Source: an uncultured delta proteobacterium (GTDB lineage Bacteria; Myxococcota; Myxococcia; Myxococcales; Anaeromyxobacteraceae). Taken from it: 64,000 nt of DNA. Each line of letters starts with the position of its first letter. The first letter of the stretch is position 1. Positions 1-9,974 of the stretch are shown piece by piece. The position numbers and the translations under genes were made by a program. The stretch covers positions 142,574-206,573 of the forward strand of contig CAWHDZ010000030.1 in NCBI GenBank assembly GCA_963828255.1. The letters are read 5' to 3'. The notes under the pieces were generated by a model. That model worked only from the letters and a program-made list of their open reading frames with translations, made no database searches and was not told where the DNA came from.

Positions 1-1660
1 GGTTGCTGCGCATGCGGCGGCGGGCCCGGCCGGCGAAGATTTCCAGGATGGCGAGCTCCTGCGCCGCGCCCTCCTCCCCCCTGGCCTCGACGGCGGAGTT
101 GACGCGCGAGAGCACGGTGGAGAGGACGAAGAGGTCGATGAGGATGTCGGCCAGCCGGTGGGTGGCGAACTGCTTGCCCACCACCTTGCCCCCGTGCTTG
201 CGGAGGATCCGGTCGGCGGCCAGCGCCACGTCGCGGGTGCCCTCCTCGACCACGGTGGCCGCCTTCTTCACCGCCGGTACGAGCAGGGTGAAGCTGCGCC
301 GCTCGCCCACCAGGCCAGTGGCCAGCGAGGCCCGCTTGCGGGCGTAGCCGGAGAGGACGCCGAAGCCCTTGATGGGGTCGGCCACCCCGCTCTTCACCAC
401 CCCGGCGATCTCCTTCAGTTGCTGCCCCACGTCGTTCATCGCCATGAGCGCGATGAAGAGCCGCAAGATCTCGTTGGTCCCCTCGAAGATGCGGTTGATG
501 CGGCTGTCGCGCATCGCCTTCTCGTAGGGGAACTCCCGCATGTAGCCGTTGCCGCCGGCGACCTGCAGGGCCTCGTCGGAGGTGCGCCAGAGGGCCTCGG
601 TGGCGAAGACCTTGGAGATGGCCGCCTCCACCGCGTAGTCCTCGTACCCCTGGTCGATGAGGCCGGCCACCATGCTCACCACCGACTCGGCGGCGAAGGT
701 GTCCACCACCATGATGCCCACCTTCTCCTTGATCATGCCGAACTCGGAGATGGGGCGGCCGAACTGCTGCCGCTCCACCGCCTGCTTGGCCGAGAGCGCG
801 ATGAGCCGCTTCATGCCCCCCACTGCGCCGCCACCCAGGCCGGTGCGGCCGGAGTTGAGGATGCGCATGGCGGCCTTGAAGCCCTGCCCCACGCCACCCA
901 GGACGTGGTCGCCGGGGACGCGCACCTCGTCGAGGCGCACCGTGGTTGTCGAACTGGCCCGGATCCCCATCTTGTCCTCGTGGGGGCCGGTGGAGACGCC
1001 GGGCAGGTCGCGGGTGACGACGAAGGCGGTCAGCGCCGCCTTCCCCTTCGACTGCACGTCCGGGGTCTTGGCGAAGACCGTGAAGAAGTCCGCCATTCCC
1101 CCGTTTGTGATCCAGATCTTCTCGCCGTTCAGGATCCAGTCGTTGCCGTCGCGCCGCGCCGTGGTGCGGACCGCGGCGGCATCGGAGCCGGCGCCCGGCT
1201 CGGTGAGGCAGAAGGCGGCGATCATCTCTCCGGTGGAGAGCTTCGGCATCCAGCGGGCCTTCTGCGCGTCGGTGCCGAAGAGGAGCAGGCCGCGCATGCC
1301 GATGGAGCTGTGTGCACCCACGGTGAGGGCCACCGAGCCGTCGAACTTGGCGATCTCCTGGAGCACGCGGGAGTAGGCCGTGGAGCCGAAGCCGATCCCG
1401 CCGTGGGCCTCCGGGATGACGAGGCCGAAGAGGCCGAACTGGCGCAGCTCCTCGAGGAAGGCGCCGGGCATCTCGGCCTTCGCGTCCCACTCCCGGAACT
1501 CCTTCTCCCGGCCGCCGAGCAGCTGCCGCACCGAGGCGAGCACCTGGCCGAGCGTCTCCTTCTCCCCTTCGGCCATCTCCGGGAAGGGGACGATGATCTC
1601 TTCCTCGATCTCCCCCATGCAGAGGGACTGGACGTAGCTGGCGGTCTTCCGGTCGGGCAC
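1..1660 (-). CDS. Acyl-CoA dehydrogenase (long VLCAD/ACAD9-like form), 3' end runs off the window
   Basis: Absent from the ORF track (no stop in window). Hand translation from GTG at 1660 (AGGAGG RBS) gives ACAD motifs: AFCLTEPGAGSD, LNGEKIWITN, KMGIRAS, RQQFGRPI, LQVAGGNGYM, RINRIFEGTNEI. Confidence 0.92.
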   Translation of the reverse strand, partial: MPDRKTASYVQSLCMGEIEEEIIVPFPEMAEGEKETLGQVLASVRQLLGGREKEFREWDAKAEMPGAFLEELRQFGLFGLVIPEAHGGIGFGSTAYSRVLQEIAKFDGSVALTVGAHSSIGMRGLLLFGTDAQKARWMPKLSTGEMIAAFCLTEPGAGSDAAAVRTTARRDGNDWILNGEKIWITNGGMADFFTVFAKTPDVQSKGKAALTAFVVTRDLPGVSTGPHEDKMGIRASSTTTVRLDEVRVPGDHVLGGVGQGFKAAMRILNSGRTGLGGGAVGGMKRLIALSAKQAVERQQFGRPISEFGMIKEKVGIMVVDTFAAESVVSMVAGLIDQGYEDYAVEAAISKVFATEALWRTSDEALQVAGGNGYMREFPYEKAMRDSRINRIFEGTNEILRLFIALMAMNDVGQQLKEIAGVVKSGVADPIKGFGVLSGYARKRASLATGLVGERRSFTLLVPAVKKAATVVEEGTRDVALAADRILRKHGGKVVGKQFATHRLADILIDLFVLSTVLSRVNSAVEARGEEGAAQELAILEIFAGRARRRMRSN

Positions 1661-1732
1661 GGGATCCTCCTGATTCGAGAATCAACATTTTGACGCGACG
1701 CGGTAGCCGATGCAACTGGGAAACAGGCCGGG

Positions 1733-2674
1733 TCACATCAGCTTGTAGACCAGGACCAGTTCCGTGAAGGTATCCCAGGGGTTGGCCAGCGGCTGGTAGC
1801 CGGCCGCCCAGGAGAACCCGGCCGGCGGGGGCCTCGGCGCGGGTGCGGAGTCGTAGAGCGCCCGGAAGCGGAAGCCCATGCTCCCGTCGCCGAAGATCTT
1901 CCAGGTCACGCCCAGCTTCCCGACGGCCCGGTTGTCGCCGAACGCGCCCACGCGGCCGGTGGGGGTGTTCTGCTCGCTCAGGTTGCCGAGGTACTCGACG
2001 CTGGCGTTGTAGGAGAGGTCCTTGGTCGGGTTCCCCAGGTAGCCCAGGAAGGCGCGGACCGCGGCGAAGTTGATGGAGTTCGGGTCGCCCACCACGTAGC
2101 GCTGGTACGAGTAGTCGAGGCCGGCCTCGCCGATGAGCTCGCCCGTGGCATTCCGGAACAGGACGCGTGAGTAGCCGGCCTGCACGCTGCCCACGAACTG
2201 CTTGCCCGCCGGGATGTCGCCGCCCGCGAGGATGAGCCCGTACACGCCGTTCATCGGGTCGAAGAAGTGGTCGTAGCGGAGCCGGGTGCCCCAGGCCTCG
2301 GAGACCGACTGGGTGATGTCCAGGACCTCGTTGGGAGTGATCACCCCGTCCGCCGGGTCGTTGTCGACGGCGGTCTGCACGGTGCTGCGCTGGAAGGCGA
2401 CCGTGGCGTCGAAGGTCAGGAGGTCGCTGTCCCCGAAGCGGTGCGAGACCATCCCCGCGCCGGTGAAGTTGACGCTCTGTGCGTTTCCCGTGGTCATGCC
2501 GAAGCCGGCCGTGACCGACGCCGCCCAGGGCGGAAGCTTCGCCACGTCGTCGGCCTTCCCGTGAGCGAACTTGGGGTCGTCGGCCCGTGCGGGGGCGGGG
2601 ACGAGGTGGAGAGCCGCGGCCAGGGCTCCGAGCAGGAAGAAACGGCCGGACTTGGTGGCTGGTTGGAATCGCAT
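1733..2674 (-). CDS. DUF481-like outer-membrane beta-barrel protein
   Basis: Signal peptide (..PARA), TTGNAQS motif, amphipathic beta strands, C-terminal LVLVYKL. Confidence 0.7.
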   Translation of the reverse strand: MRFQPATKSGRFFLLGALAAALHLVPAPARADDPKFAHGKADDVAKLPPWAASVTAGFGMTTGNAQSVNFTGAGMVSHRFGDSDLLTFDATVAFQRSTVQTAVDNDPADGVITPNEVLDITQSVSEAWGTRLRYDHFFDPMNGVYGLILAGGDIPAGKQFVGSVQAGYSRVLFRNATGELIGEAGLDYSYQRYVVGDPNSINFAAVRAFLGYLGNPTKDLSYNASVEYLGNLSEQNTPTGRVGAFGDNRAVGKLGVTWKIFGDGSMGFRFRALYDSAPAPRPPPAGFSWAAGYQPLANPWDTFTELVLVYKLM

Positions 2675-2726
2675 TTTCGAACCCCTCCGGGAAAAGGACG
2701 CCGGGGATGGTAGTCGAACCGGCTCG

Positions 2727-3623
2727 CTAGCGCTCCTCGATGTCGATGCGCCAGCCCATCTGCTCCTCGGCGTCGGCAGCCAGCGCCCGGCCCGGCGCTC
2801 CGCCGGAGAGGCCGGCCCGGACGCGGACCCAGGCCGAGAGCGCCCAGAGCTCCTCCGGGGGAACGGCGGCGTACGACGGCATGGGGGTCCCGTCGAGGCC
2901 GGTCGCGAGGGTGAGCCAGAGATCGGGGAGCGAGTTCCCGCGCCGGAAGCGCCCCGCCGAGAAGGGCAGCGGCCGGATGGGGGTGCCTCCGTCGCGGCGC
3001 AGCGTCGGCGCCGACGGTCCGTCCCCCTCGCCGGCCTCCCCGTGGCACTTCCCGCACCCGTTCTGGACCCAGGCGGCCGCCCCGAGCGCGACGAGCGCCG
3101 GGGTCTCGGCCGGCGCCGGCGGGACCACCACCGGATCTCCCGCCCCCTCCTCCCGGAAGCGCGGCGAGAAGGACTTCACGTGCTCCACCACCGCCCAGCG
3201 CTCGGCGTCCCCGAGCCAGTTCCAGGGGATCATGGCCGTGCCGTGCACGCCCCGGGAGACGGTGCGGAAGAGGTCCAGGTCGGTGGGCAGGGCCCCGGTC
3301 GGGGTGGAGCGGAACCCGTATACACCCTTGGTGAAATCGCGGGCCGGCACGGTGAGGCGCGCGGCGTGGATGCCCTTGCCGTTGCCGTTCACGCCGTGGC
3401 AGGGGATGCAGCGGAGCCGGTAGACCTCCGCGCCCAGCGCCAGGAAGCCCCGGTCCACCGGGGGGCGAGCCGCGGCCGGTGCGCCGTCGGGGGTGGCCCC
3501 GGCGAGCCAGAGGCGCACGCCGTCCTGGGCTGCCGGGGGGATGCCGCGGGTGGCCGGGGGAGGCCTCTCGCAGGCGCAGAGGGCCGCGGAGAGCAGGAAG
3601 GGGATGGCGAACGGTCTGCGCAC
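2727..3623 (-). CDS. Di-heme cytochrome c, probably a lipoprotein
   Basis: Two heme motifs (CIPCH, CGKCH), each followed by G-G-GxG and a later GTxMP axial Met motif; N-terminal LCAC lipobox-like signal. Confidence 0.85.
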   Translation of the reverse strand: MRRPFAIPFLLSAALCACERPPPATRGIPPAAQDGVRLWLAGATPDGAPAAARPPVDRGFLALGAEVYRLRCIPCHGVNGNGKGIHAARLTVPARDFTKGVYGFRSTPTGALPTDLDLFRTVSRGVHGTAMIPWNWLGDAERWAVVEHVKSFSPRFREEGAGDPVVVPPAPAETPALVALGAAAWVQNGCGKCHGEAGEGDGPSAPTLRRDGGTPIRPLPFSAGRFRRGNSLPDLWLTLATGLDGTPMPSYAAVPPEELWALSAWVRVRAGLSGGAPGRALAADAEEQMGWRIDIEER

Positions 3624-3740
3624 GCGCCGAGTCTAACCGGCCCCGCCGCCCTGCGCGGCCCGGGGAGCCCGGCGTCAAACCCGATCGGGGGTGCCGTTTT
3701 GGGGGGGCGCTCCTCGACGAGACGCACTACATTTCGCGAC

Positions 3741-3905
3741 ATGCGCCCTGTCCGCCGCCTGATCAAGACGGAGATCGTGCTCCCGCAGTCTCGGGCGGGA
3801 CGGGCGCTCGTCATCGGCGGCCTCGTCGCCGGGGGCACGGTAGCGGTGATGATGGTCGCCCTCTTCACGGCCTTCATCTTCGAAACGGTCCGTACGTACA
3901 GGTAG
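3741..3905 (+). CDS. Small single-TM hypothetical protein (54 aa)
   Basis: ATG at 3741, host-like codon usage, one hydrophobic segment. Confidence 0.45.
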   Translation: MRPVRRLIKTEIVLPQSRAGRALVIGGLVAGGTVAVMMVALFTAFIFETVRTYR

Positions 3906-3972
3906 CGACCCGTTCCGCTGGCGGGGAATTGCCGCCGCCTGCTAGTGTTCCGGGACCGAGGGGAGCGTCTTC

Positions 3973-4950
3973 GTGTCGAACGTCGGGGCCTTCGTCCAGA
4001 ATCCGCGCAAGTTTCCGAGGGTCCAGGCCAGGTACCGCGTGGTGGTGAGCCACGCGGGCGCCGGGTGGTCCGCGGAGACCTACGACATCTCGGCCACCGG
4101 CTGCCAGATCGTCACTCCCCGTCTCCTCCAGATCGGCTCGGCGACCAAGCTGGTCATCGAGGTCCCGAATCTCCCCCCGCCGCTCTCGGTGTTCGGCTCG
4201 GTGGCCTGGGTGGCCGACCAGGGGCGCATCCGCGCGGGGATCGTCTTCGCCGAGCGGCAGCCCGACGGGGACCCCTCGGCGTGGTTCAAGAAGCTGCTCG
4301 CCAGCCAGCCCGGCATCGAGGGCTCGATGCGGAAGCTGCCCGAGCGGCTCCCCATGGAGACGAAGCTCTTCCTCCGGCCGCCTCCGCAGTTCATCTTCGA
4401 CTTCGGCCCGGACGAGGTGGGGCTCCTCAGGGCGCTCGGCGACGGGACCACCATCGCCAACCTGGTGCGCGCGGGCCCCTTCACGGCGACCCAGGTGGCG
4501 CGGATGGTCTTCGCGCTGCTCGAGCAGAAGGTCATCACCCTCTCGCTCGGCGAGGCGGCCCCGGCCTGGAAGTGGAAGGCCGCGCTCGCCGACTTCGAGT
4601 CCCAGGGTGGCGAGCGGCAGCCCGCGTCGGCGCCTGCCCCACGGCCGGCACCTCCGCCCCCACCGGCTCGCGCTGCCGCCGCAGCCGTGGCAACTCCCGC
4701 TCCCGCCCCGGTCGCTCCCGCTCCCGCAGCCGCGCCGTCAGCCCCCGCTGCAGCGCCACGCCCCCCGGTGGTCCGCACCCCGGAGGCCCAGGAGTGCCTC
4801 GATCTCGCCGTCTCCGCGGTCTCGATGGGGGAGATCTCGACCGCCATCGGGCTCCTGCGCCGGGGCCTCCAGCTCTCGCCACGCGACCCGGAGATCTCCG
4901 CCCTGCTCGGCCAGCTCGCCTTCCGCGACCGTCAGGTGGGGCAGAAATAG
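3973..4950 (+). CDS. PilZ-domain protein with DUF4388-like middle region, Pro/Ala linker and C-terminal TPR
   Basis: RKFPR and DISATG PilZ motifs; C-terminal TPR-like AIGLLRRGLQLSP. Confidence 0.8.
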   Translation: MSNVGAFVQNPRKFPRVQARYRVVVSHAGAGWSAETYDISATGCQIVTPRLLQIGSATKLVIEVPNLPPPLSVFGSVAWVADQGRIRAGIVFAERQPDGDPSAWFKKLLASQPGIEGSMRKLPERLPMETKLFLRPPPQFIFDFGPDEVGLLRALGDGTTIANLVRAGPFTATQVARMVFALLEQKVITLSLGEAAPAWKWKAALADFESQGGERQPASAPAPRPAPPPPPARAAAAAVATPAPAPVAPAPAAAPSAPAAAPRPPVVRTPEAQECLDLAVSAVSMGEISTAIGLLRRGLQLSPRDPEISALLGQLAFRDRQVGQK

Positions 4951-4961
4951 TCCCGTCCGGC

Positions 4962-5609
4962 ATGCCATCGCTCCCCTTCGACGCCACCTGGCGGAGGGCC
5001 TGGGCCGATCCTGGGTTCCGCTGGCGGCTGCTGCTCACCCCGCCGGCGCTCGTGGCCACGCTCTCGGCGCTGGCCGCGCTGGTGAAGTGGGTGGAGCGAA
5101 GGCCCGGCGCGATCCTGGCCGACCCGGTGCTGGCGCTTCTCCCCCCGCGCGACGTCACCTGGCCCATCTTCACCCTGATCTACGTGGGCATCCTGCTCGC
5201 GGTCTCCCTGCTGGTCCGCATGCCGGTGCGCCTCCTCCTGGGCGTGCAGGCCTACGTCGTGATGGCGCTCCTCCGGATCGTCGTGATGTGGGCCACCCCG
5301 CTCGACCCGCCGCCCGGGATGATCGTGCTCGAGGACCCGCTGGTGCAGCTCTTCGGGGGCGCCTCCCTTCCTCTCACCCGCGACCTCTTCTTCTCCGGCC
5401 ACACCTCCACGATGTTCCTGCTCTTCCTCGCCGTCCCCGGGAGGCCCGCCAAGGCCTTCTTCATGGCCTGCACCGCCAGCGTGGCCCTCCTCGTCCTGGT
5501 GCAGCACGTCCACTACGCGGTGGACGTGCTCGCCGCCCCGGCGTTCGCCTATGCCGCCTGGCGGATCGCCCGGAAGGGTTGGCCCTCGGCGGGGGGCGCC
5601 CGGAAGTGA
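4962..5609 (+). CDS. PAP2-superfamily membrane phosphotransferase, sphingomyelin/IPC-synthase-like
   Basis: ATG at 4962; about 6 TM segments; DLFFSGHT and HVHYAVDV motifs. Confidence 0.72.
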   Translation: MPSLPFDATWRRAWADPGFRWRLLLTPPALVATLSALAALVKWVERRPGAILADPVLALLPPRDVTWPIFTLIYVGILLAVSLLVRMPVRLLLGVQAYVVMALLRIVVMWATPLDPPPGMIVLEDPLVQLFGGASLPLTRDLFFSGHTSTMFLLFLAVPGRPAKAFFMACTASVALLVLVQHVHYAVDVLAAPAFAYAAWRIARKGWPSAGGARK

Positions 5610-5646
5610 GGTTCCCCCGTGATCCCTGGCCGCGTAGGATCCGGGG

Positions 5647-6045
5647 ATGCCAGAGGGTTCGACTCCTGTCCCGGGTTCCCGGCCCCGCGTCCTCGTCGTG
5701 GACGACGAGAAGGTCGTGCGCCGGGCGCTGCAGCGGATCCTGGAGCGGGACGGCCACAAGGTGACGCTGGCCGAGTGCGGCCAGGAGGCAATCGACCTCT
5801 ACGGCGCGCACTGGGAGGAGATCGACGTGGTGGTGCTCGACGTCATGATGCCCGACGTCGATGGGCGCGAGGTGCTCCGCCGCATGCGCGAGCTGAATCC
5901 GGACGTCCGGGTCATCCTCTCCTCCGGCTTCACGGTCGAGAGCGATCCCACCCTCTCGGTGGCCGGGACCTGGGTCCTGCAGAAGCCCTACACGCCCGAC
6001 CAGGTGCGGGCTTCCATCGCCGACGCCGCGGCCGGGACGAAATAG
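5647..6045 (+). CDS. Single-domain response regulator
   Basis: VLVVDDE, LDVMMP, SG and KP receiver motifs. Confidence 0.9.
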   Translation: MPEGSTPVPGSRPRVLVVDDEKVVRRALQRILERDGHKVTLAECGQEAIDLYGAHWEEIDVVVLDVMMPDVDGREVLRRMRELNPDVRVILSSGFTVESDPTLSVAGTWVLQKPYTPDQVRASIADAAAGTK

Positions 6046-6089
6046 GCCGGAGGTCCGTGCGTAGGCACTGGAACCCCGGAGGTTCCACC

Positions 6090-6611
6090 TTGCGTCCGTC
6101 CGCCCCGCTCGCCATCCTCGCCGCCCTGGCTCTCCTCGCCGCGACCCCAGCCCGCGCCGGTGACTGCAACGTGGAGGTCGGGCCCAACGACCGGGTGTCC
6201 CGTGGGGAATCGCTGGTCATCCGCTCCGGCGAGCAGGTGGAGAATGCCGTCGCCCTCCACGGCGATCTCACGGTCGAGGCGGGAGCGGTGGTGGAGAAGG
6301 CGGTGGCCGTGGGTGGCTCGGTCACCATCCGCTCCGGCGGGCGGGTGAAGCAGGATGCGGTGGCCCTCGGCGGGGACGTCGTCGTCGAGGCCGATGGAAG
6401 GGTCGGGAAGGACGCGGTCTCGCTGGGCGGGCAGGTCCAGGAGTCGAAGGGATCGCGGATCGAGGGCAGCGTGGTCGGGCTGGCGTTCCAGGGGGGCAAG
6501 TCGTCGCTCTCCAAGGAGATCCTCAAGGGCCTCACCTCGATCAAGGGCTGCAAAATCGAGTTGAAGGGCGGGACCGGGGGGAGCGACGCGATTACAATCC
6601 GCCGTCCATGA
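6090..6611 (+). CDS. Exported beta-helix repeat protein (bactofilin/polymer-forming-like)
   Basis: TTG start after GGAGG; signal peptide ending PARA; repeated AVALGGDVVV..GRV units; stop overlaps the ltaE start (ATGA). Confidence 0.6.
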   Translation: MRPSAPLAILAALALLAATPARAGDCNVEVGPNDRVSRGESLVIRSGEQVENAVALHGDLTVEAGAVVEKAVAVGGSVTIRSGGRVKQDAVALGGDVVVEADGRVGKDAVSLGGQVQESKGSRIEGSVVGLAFQGGKSSLSKEILKGLTSIKGCKIELKGGTGGSDAITIRRP

Positions 6612-7672
6612 GCACGACACCGGACGGGCGGCGGCAGTTCGCGAGCGACAACTACGCAGGCATCTGCCCGGAGGCCTGGGAGGCCATGGCCCGCGCCAAC
6701 GTGGGGCACGTGCAGTCCTACGGCGACGACCCCTGGACGGCCCGGGCGGCGGACCTCCTGCGGGAGCTCTTCGAGACCGACTGCGAGATCTTCTTCGTCT
6801 TCAACGGCACCGCGGCCAACTCGCTGGCGCTGGCCTCGATGTGCCAGAGCTACCATTCCATCGTCTGCAGCGAGACCGCCCACGTCGAGACCGACGAGTG
6901 CGGCGCCCCCGAGTTCTTCTCCAACGGGACCAAGGTCCTCACCGTCGAGGGCAAGCTCGGCAAGATCGACCCCGCCGCGGTGGACTGGGCGGTGCGGCGC
7001 CGCACCGACATCCACTACCCCAAGCCCCGGGTGGTGAGCCTCACCCAGGCCACCGAGCTCGGCACGGTCTACGCGCCCGACGAGCTGAAGGCCATCTGGG
7101 CCCGGGCCAAGTCCCACGACCTGCGCATCCACATGGACGGCGCCCGGTTCGCGAACGCCGTGGCCTCGCTGGGGTGCGCCCCCAAGGAGATCACCTGGCA
7201 GGCCGGGGTGGACGTGCTCTGCTTCGGGGGCACCAAGAACGGCATGGCGGTGGGCGACGCGGTGGTCTTCTTCGACCGGAACCTGGCCCGCGAGTTCGAC
7301 TACCGGTGCAAGCAGGCCGGGCAGCTCTCCTCCAAGATGCGCTTCCTGGCCGCGCCCTGGGTGGGCATGCTGGAGGGGGGCGCCTGGCTGCGCAACGCCC
7401 GCCACGCCAACGCCATGGCCGAGCTGCTGCACGGGCTCGTGAAGGACGTCCCGGGCGTCGAGGTGCTCTACCCCCGGCAGGTGAACAGCATCTTCCTCAA
7501 GCTCGCCCCGGCGGTCCGCGACGCCCTGCACGCGCGCGGCTGGCACTTCTACGACTTCATCGGCTGGGGCGGGGCGCGTCTCATGTGCTCCTGGGACACC
7601 ACCGAGGAGGACGTGCGGGCCTTCGCGCGCGACCTCTCCCAGGCCGCGGCGAAGAACCCGTCGGTGCCGTGA
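6608..7672 (+). CDS. ltaE: Low-specificity L-threonine aldolase
   Basis: FASDNYAG, YGDD, HMDGARFANA, PLP lysine in GGTKNG. Confidence 0.92.
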   Translation: MSTTPDGRRQFASDNYAGICPEAWEAMARANVGHVQSYGDDPWTARAADLLRELFETDCEIFFVFNGTAANSLALASMCQSYHSIVCSETAHVETDECGAPEFFSNGTKVLTVEGKLGKIDPAAVDWAVRRRTDIHYPKPRVVSLTQATELGTVYAPDELKAIWARAKSHDLRIHMDGARFANAVASLGCAPKEITWQAGVDVLCFGGTKNGMAVGDAVVFFDRNLAREFDYRCKQAGQLSSKMRFLAAPWVGMLEGGAWLRNARHANAMAELLHGLVKDVPGVEVLYPRQVNSIFLKLAPAVRDALHARGWHFYDFIGWGGARLMCSWDTTEEDVRAFARDLSQAAAKNPSVP

Positions 7673-8808
7673 CGGTGGGGCCAGAGGCGCAGGCCTGAAT
7701 CACTACGGGTGAACTCCGCCGCGCCGTCCCCGAAGGCCCCGGCCACCTCCTCGTTCTCCTCGCGGCGCAGCGTGCAGGTGGCGTAGACGAGCCGCCCGCC
7801 GGGCCGGACGTGCCGGGCGGCCCGCTCGAGGATCGAGAGCTGGAGCGCTGGAAGCGCGGCGAACGACGCCGGGTCGATGCGAAAGCGCAGGTCCGGGCCC
7901 CGCCGGAGCGTGCCCAGCTCGGAGCAGGGGGCGTCCACGAGGACCCGGTCGGCGAGGAGGCCCACGGGCGCCTCCGGGCCGTGCACGGTCACGACCGCCC
8001 CGGCATGGGCGGCCCGGGTGCGCAGCCGGGAGAGGCGGGCCTCGTCCGGGTCGCAGGCGTGGACCGTTCCGGCCGGACCGACCGCCGCCGCGAGCTGGAG
8101 TGTCTTCCCGCCGGCGCCGGCGCAGAGGTCGAGCACCGTCTCGCCGGGAAGCGCCCCCACCGCCTCGCCGACGAGCTGGCTCCCCTCGTCCTGCACCTCG
8201 AGCAGCCCCTCCCGGTAGGCGCGGAGGGCGAGCAGGTTGGGGCGGGGGGAGAGCACCTCCAGGCCGTCCGGGGCGACCAGGGTCGGGCGGGTCGCCACTC
8301 CTTCCGCGGCAAGGCGGACGGCGAGGTCGTCGCGCGAGGTCCGGGCGCGGTTCACCCGCAGGAAGATCGGACCGGGGAGGGAGAGCGCGTCGGCGAGGAG
8401 CGGGGCCTCGTCGCCCACCTCGCGCACCAGGATGTCGGCGAGCCAGCCGGGCAGGGAGTGGCGGGTCGCCAGGTCCGCGGGCGGCGCGACGGGAGGCGGC
8501 AACGCGCCGGAGGGGAGGGCGCAGAGCCGCTCGGCGTCGTCGCGACCGGCCAGGTCGCGCAGGAGCGAGGCGAGGAGCAGGAGCGGGGGCGCCGGGTCGC
8601 CAGCGTGGAAGCGGAGCCGGCGGCGCCAGAGCCCCACGCCGAAGATCGCCTCGGCGGCGGCCTGCCGGCCCCGCGCATCGAGGTCGCGGCGGGAGCGGAG
8701 GAAGCGGTCGAGGACCCGCTCGGCTGCAGCCCCGGAGAGCACCGCGCCGAGGGGCGCCGCGAGCGCGGGGGCGAGCCGGGCCAGCGCATCCCAGGGGAGG
8801 GCGCGCAG
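7549..8808 (-). CDS. RsmB/NOP2/Sun-family RNA m5C methyltransferase (start uncertain)
   Basis: VQDEGSQ, LDLCAGAGGKT, LVDAPCS, YATCT, TDGFFAA motifs. Confidence 0.85.
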   Translation of the reverse strand: MRALPWDALARLAPALAAPLGAVLSGAAAERVLDRFLRSRRDLDARGRQAAAEAIFGVGLWRRRLRFHAGDPAPPLLLLASLLRDLAGRDDAERLCALPSGALPPPVAPPADLATRHSLPGWLADILVREVGDEAPLLADALSLPGPIFLRVNRARTSRDDLAVRLAAEGVATRPTLVAPDGLEVLSPRPNLLALRAYREGLLEVQDEGSQLVGEAVGALPGETVLDLCAGAGGKTLQLAAAVGPAGTVHACDPDEARLSRLRTRAAHAGAVVTVHGPEAPVGLLADRVLVDAPCSELGTLRRGPDLRFRIDPASFAALPALQLSILERAARHVRPGGRLVYATCTLRREENEEVAGAFGDGAAEFTRSDSGLRLWPHRHGTDGFFAAAWERSRAKARTSSSVVSQEHMRRAPPQPMKS

Positions 8809-8834
8809 CCGGGACGCGGCCCGATCGGGCGGGG

Positions 8835-9386
8835 CTACTTCGCCGCCTCGACCCAGAGGAAGCCCCGGAAGTCGCCCTCGGCGTAGCCCACGGCGCGGTC
8901 GGCGGGGTAACGGGCCGCGATGGCCTCCTTCACCGTGGGTTGAAGGGATGCGGCCGGGCCGTGGCAGCCCAGGCAGGCCGACCCGACCGTGATGGGGAGC
9001 AGCACCCCGACCTTCCCGCCCAGGTCGACCGCGACGGGCTTCACCTCGGCGCCCTTCTTCCCGGCGGCGGCCTCGAGGGGCGCGCGGGTCCAGTCGGGTG
9101 GAACGTTGGCGGGGTTGCGCAGCCGGTCCGAGGTGCGCCCCATCTTCACGCCGGCGGAGGCCGAGGTCTCGCCGGCGATGCGCGCCGCGTCCCTGGCGCA
9201 GACGTCGATCGCGGCCGGGGGTCCACCCTGCTTCATCGCCTCGCCGAGGCGCGCCTGGAGCGCCTTCTGGAAGGCACGGCCAGACTCCTGGGCTTTCTCG
9301 ATGGCGGAGCCCCACGCGGCCGGGGCGTCGGAGAGAGGAACGGCAGGAGCGGCCAGGACGGTGGTGAGGACGAGGGCGACGAGCAA
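8835..9386 (-). CDS. DUF3365/Tll0287-like monoheme c-type protein
   Basis: Signal peptide, AIDVC, RTSDRLRNPAN, CLGCH, YPADRAVGY..GDFRG. Confidence 0.8.
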   Translation of the reverse strand: MLVALVLTTVLAAPAVPLSDAPAAWGSAIEKAQESGRAFQKALQARLGEAMKQGGPPAAIDVCARDAARIAGETSASAGVKMGRTSDRLRNPANVPPDWTRAPLEAAAGKKGAEVKPVAVDLGGKVGVLLPITVGSACLGCHGPAASLQPTVKEAIAARYPADRAVGYAEGDFRGFLWVEAAK

Positions 9387-9482
9387 GGGAGCCTCCGGGG
9401 CGGGTGACGGAGAAGGACTCTAGCCCAGTGGCGGCGGCCCGGGGAGTTGCCTCGGGGGGCCCTCTCTGGGACAACGGGGTCC

Positions 9483-9965
9483 ATGTCGATCGCGCTCTAC
9501 TTCGCCGGTGTCGTGCTCCTCGCGGCGGGGGTGGCCGGACTCGTGCTGCCGGTCCTCCCCGGCGCGGTTCTGCTCGTCGCCGGCGTCGTGGCGCTGGCCT
9601 GGGCCGGAGACTTCGCCATCCTGGGATGGGGCACCGTGGCCTTCGCCGGCGTGATGGGGCTCGCCATCACCGCGGTGGACTGGGCCGCGAGCATCCTCGG
9701 GGCCAAGGCCTTCGGCGCCTCGAAGTGGGCGGTGATCGGCTCGGCAGTCGGGCTCGTGGTGGGGCTCTTCCTCGGCCTGCCCGGCATCATCCTGGGGCCG
9801 GCGGTGGGAGCGCTCGCCTTCGAGTACGCCAAGGACCCGAACTTCGAGCGGGCGCTCAAGGCGGGCGTGGGGGCCTTCCTGGGCTTCGTGCTGGGGAGCG
9901 TGCTCAAGGTGACGCTCGCCTTCGTGCTCGTCGGCGTCGTGGCGCTGCGCTACCTCTTCCGCTGA
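9483..9965 (+). CDS. DUF456-family membrane protein
   Basis: GLVLPVLPG, GAKAFGASKWA, GIILGP motifs; all hydrophobic. Confidence 0.8.
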   Translation: MSIALYFAGVVLLAAGVAGLVLPVLPGAVLLVAGVVALAWAGDFAILGWGTVAFAGVMGLAITAVDWAASILGAKAFGASKWAVIGSAVGLVVGLFLGLPGIILGPAVGALAFEYAKDPNFERALKAGVGAFLGFVLGSVLKVTLAFVLVGVVALRYLFR

Positions 9966-9974
9966 GGGCGCCGC

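Noticed and set aside
5652..5680. tRNA T-loop-like GGTTCGACTCC
   Set aside because: The T stem pairs poorly, there is no cloverleaf, and it lies at the start of a response-regulator CDS.
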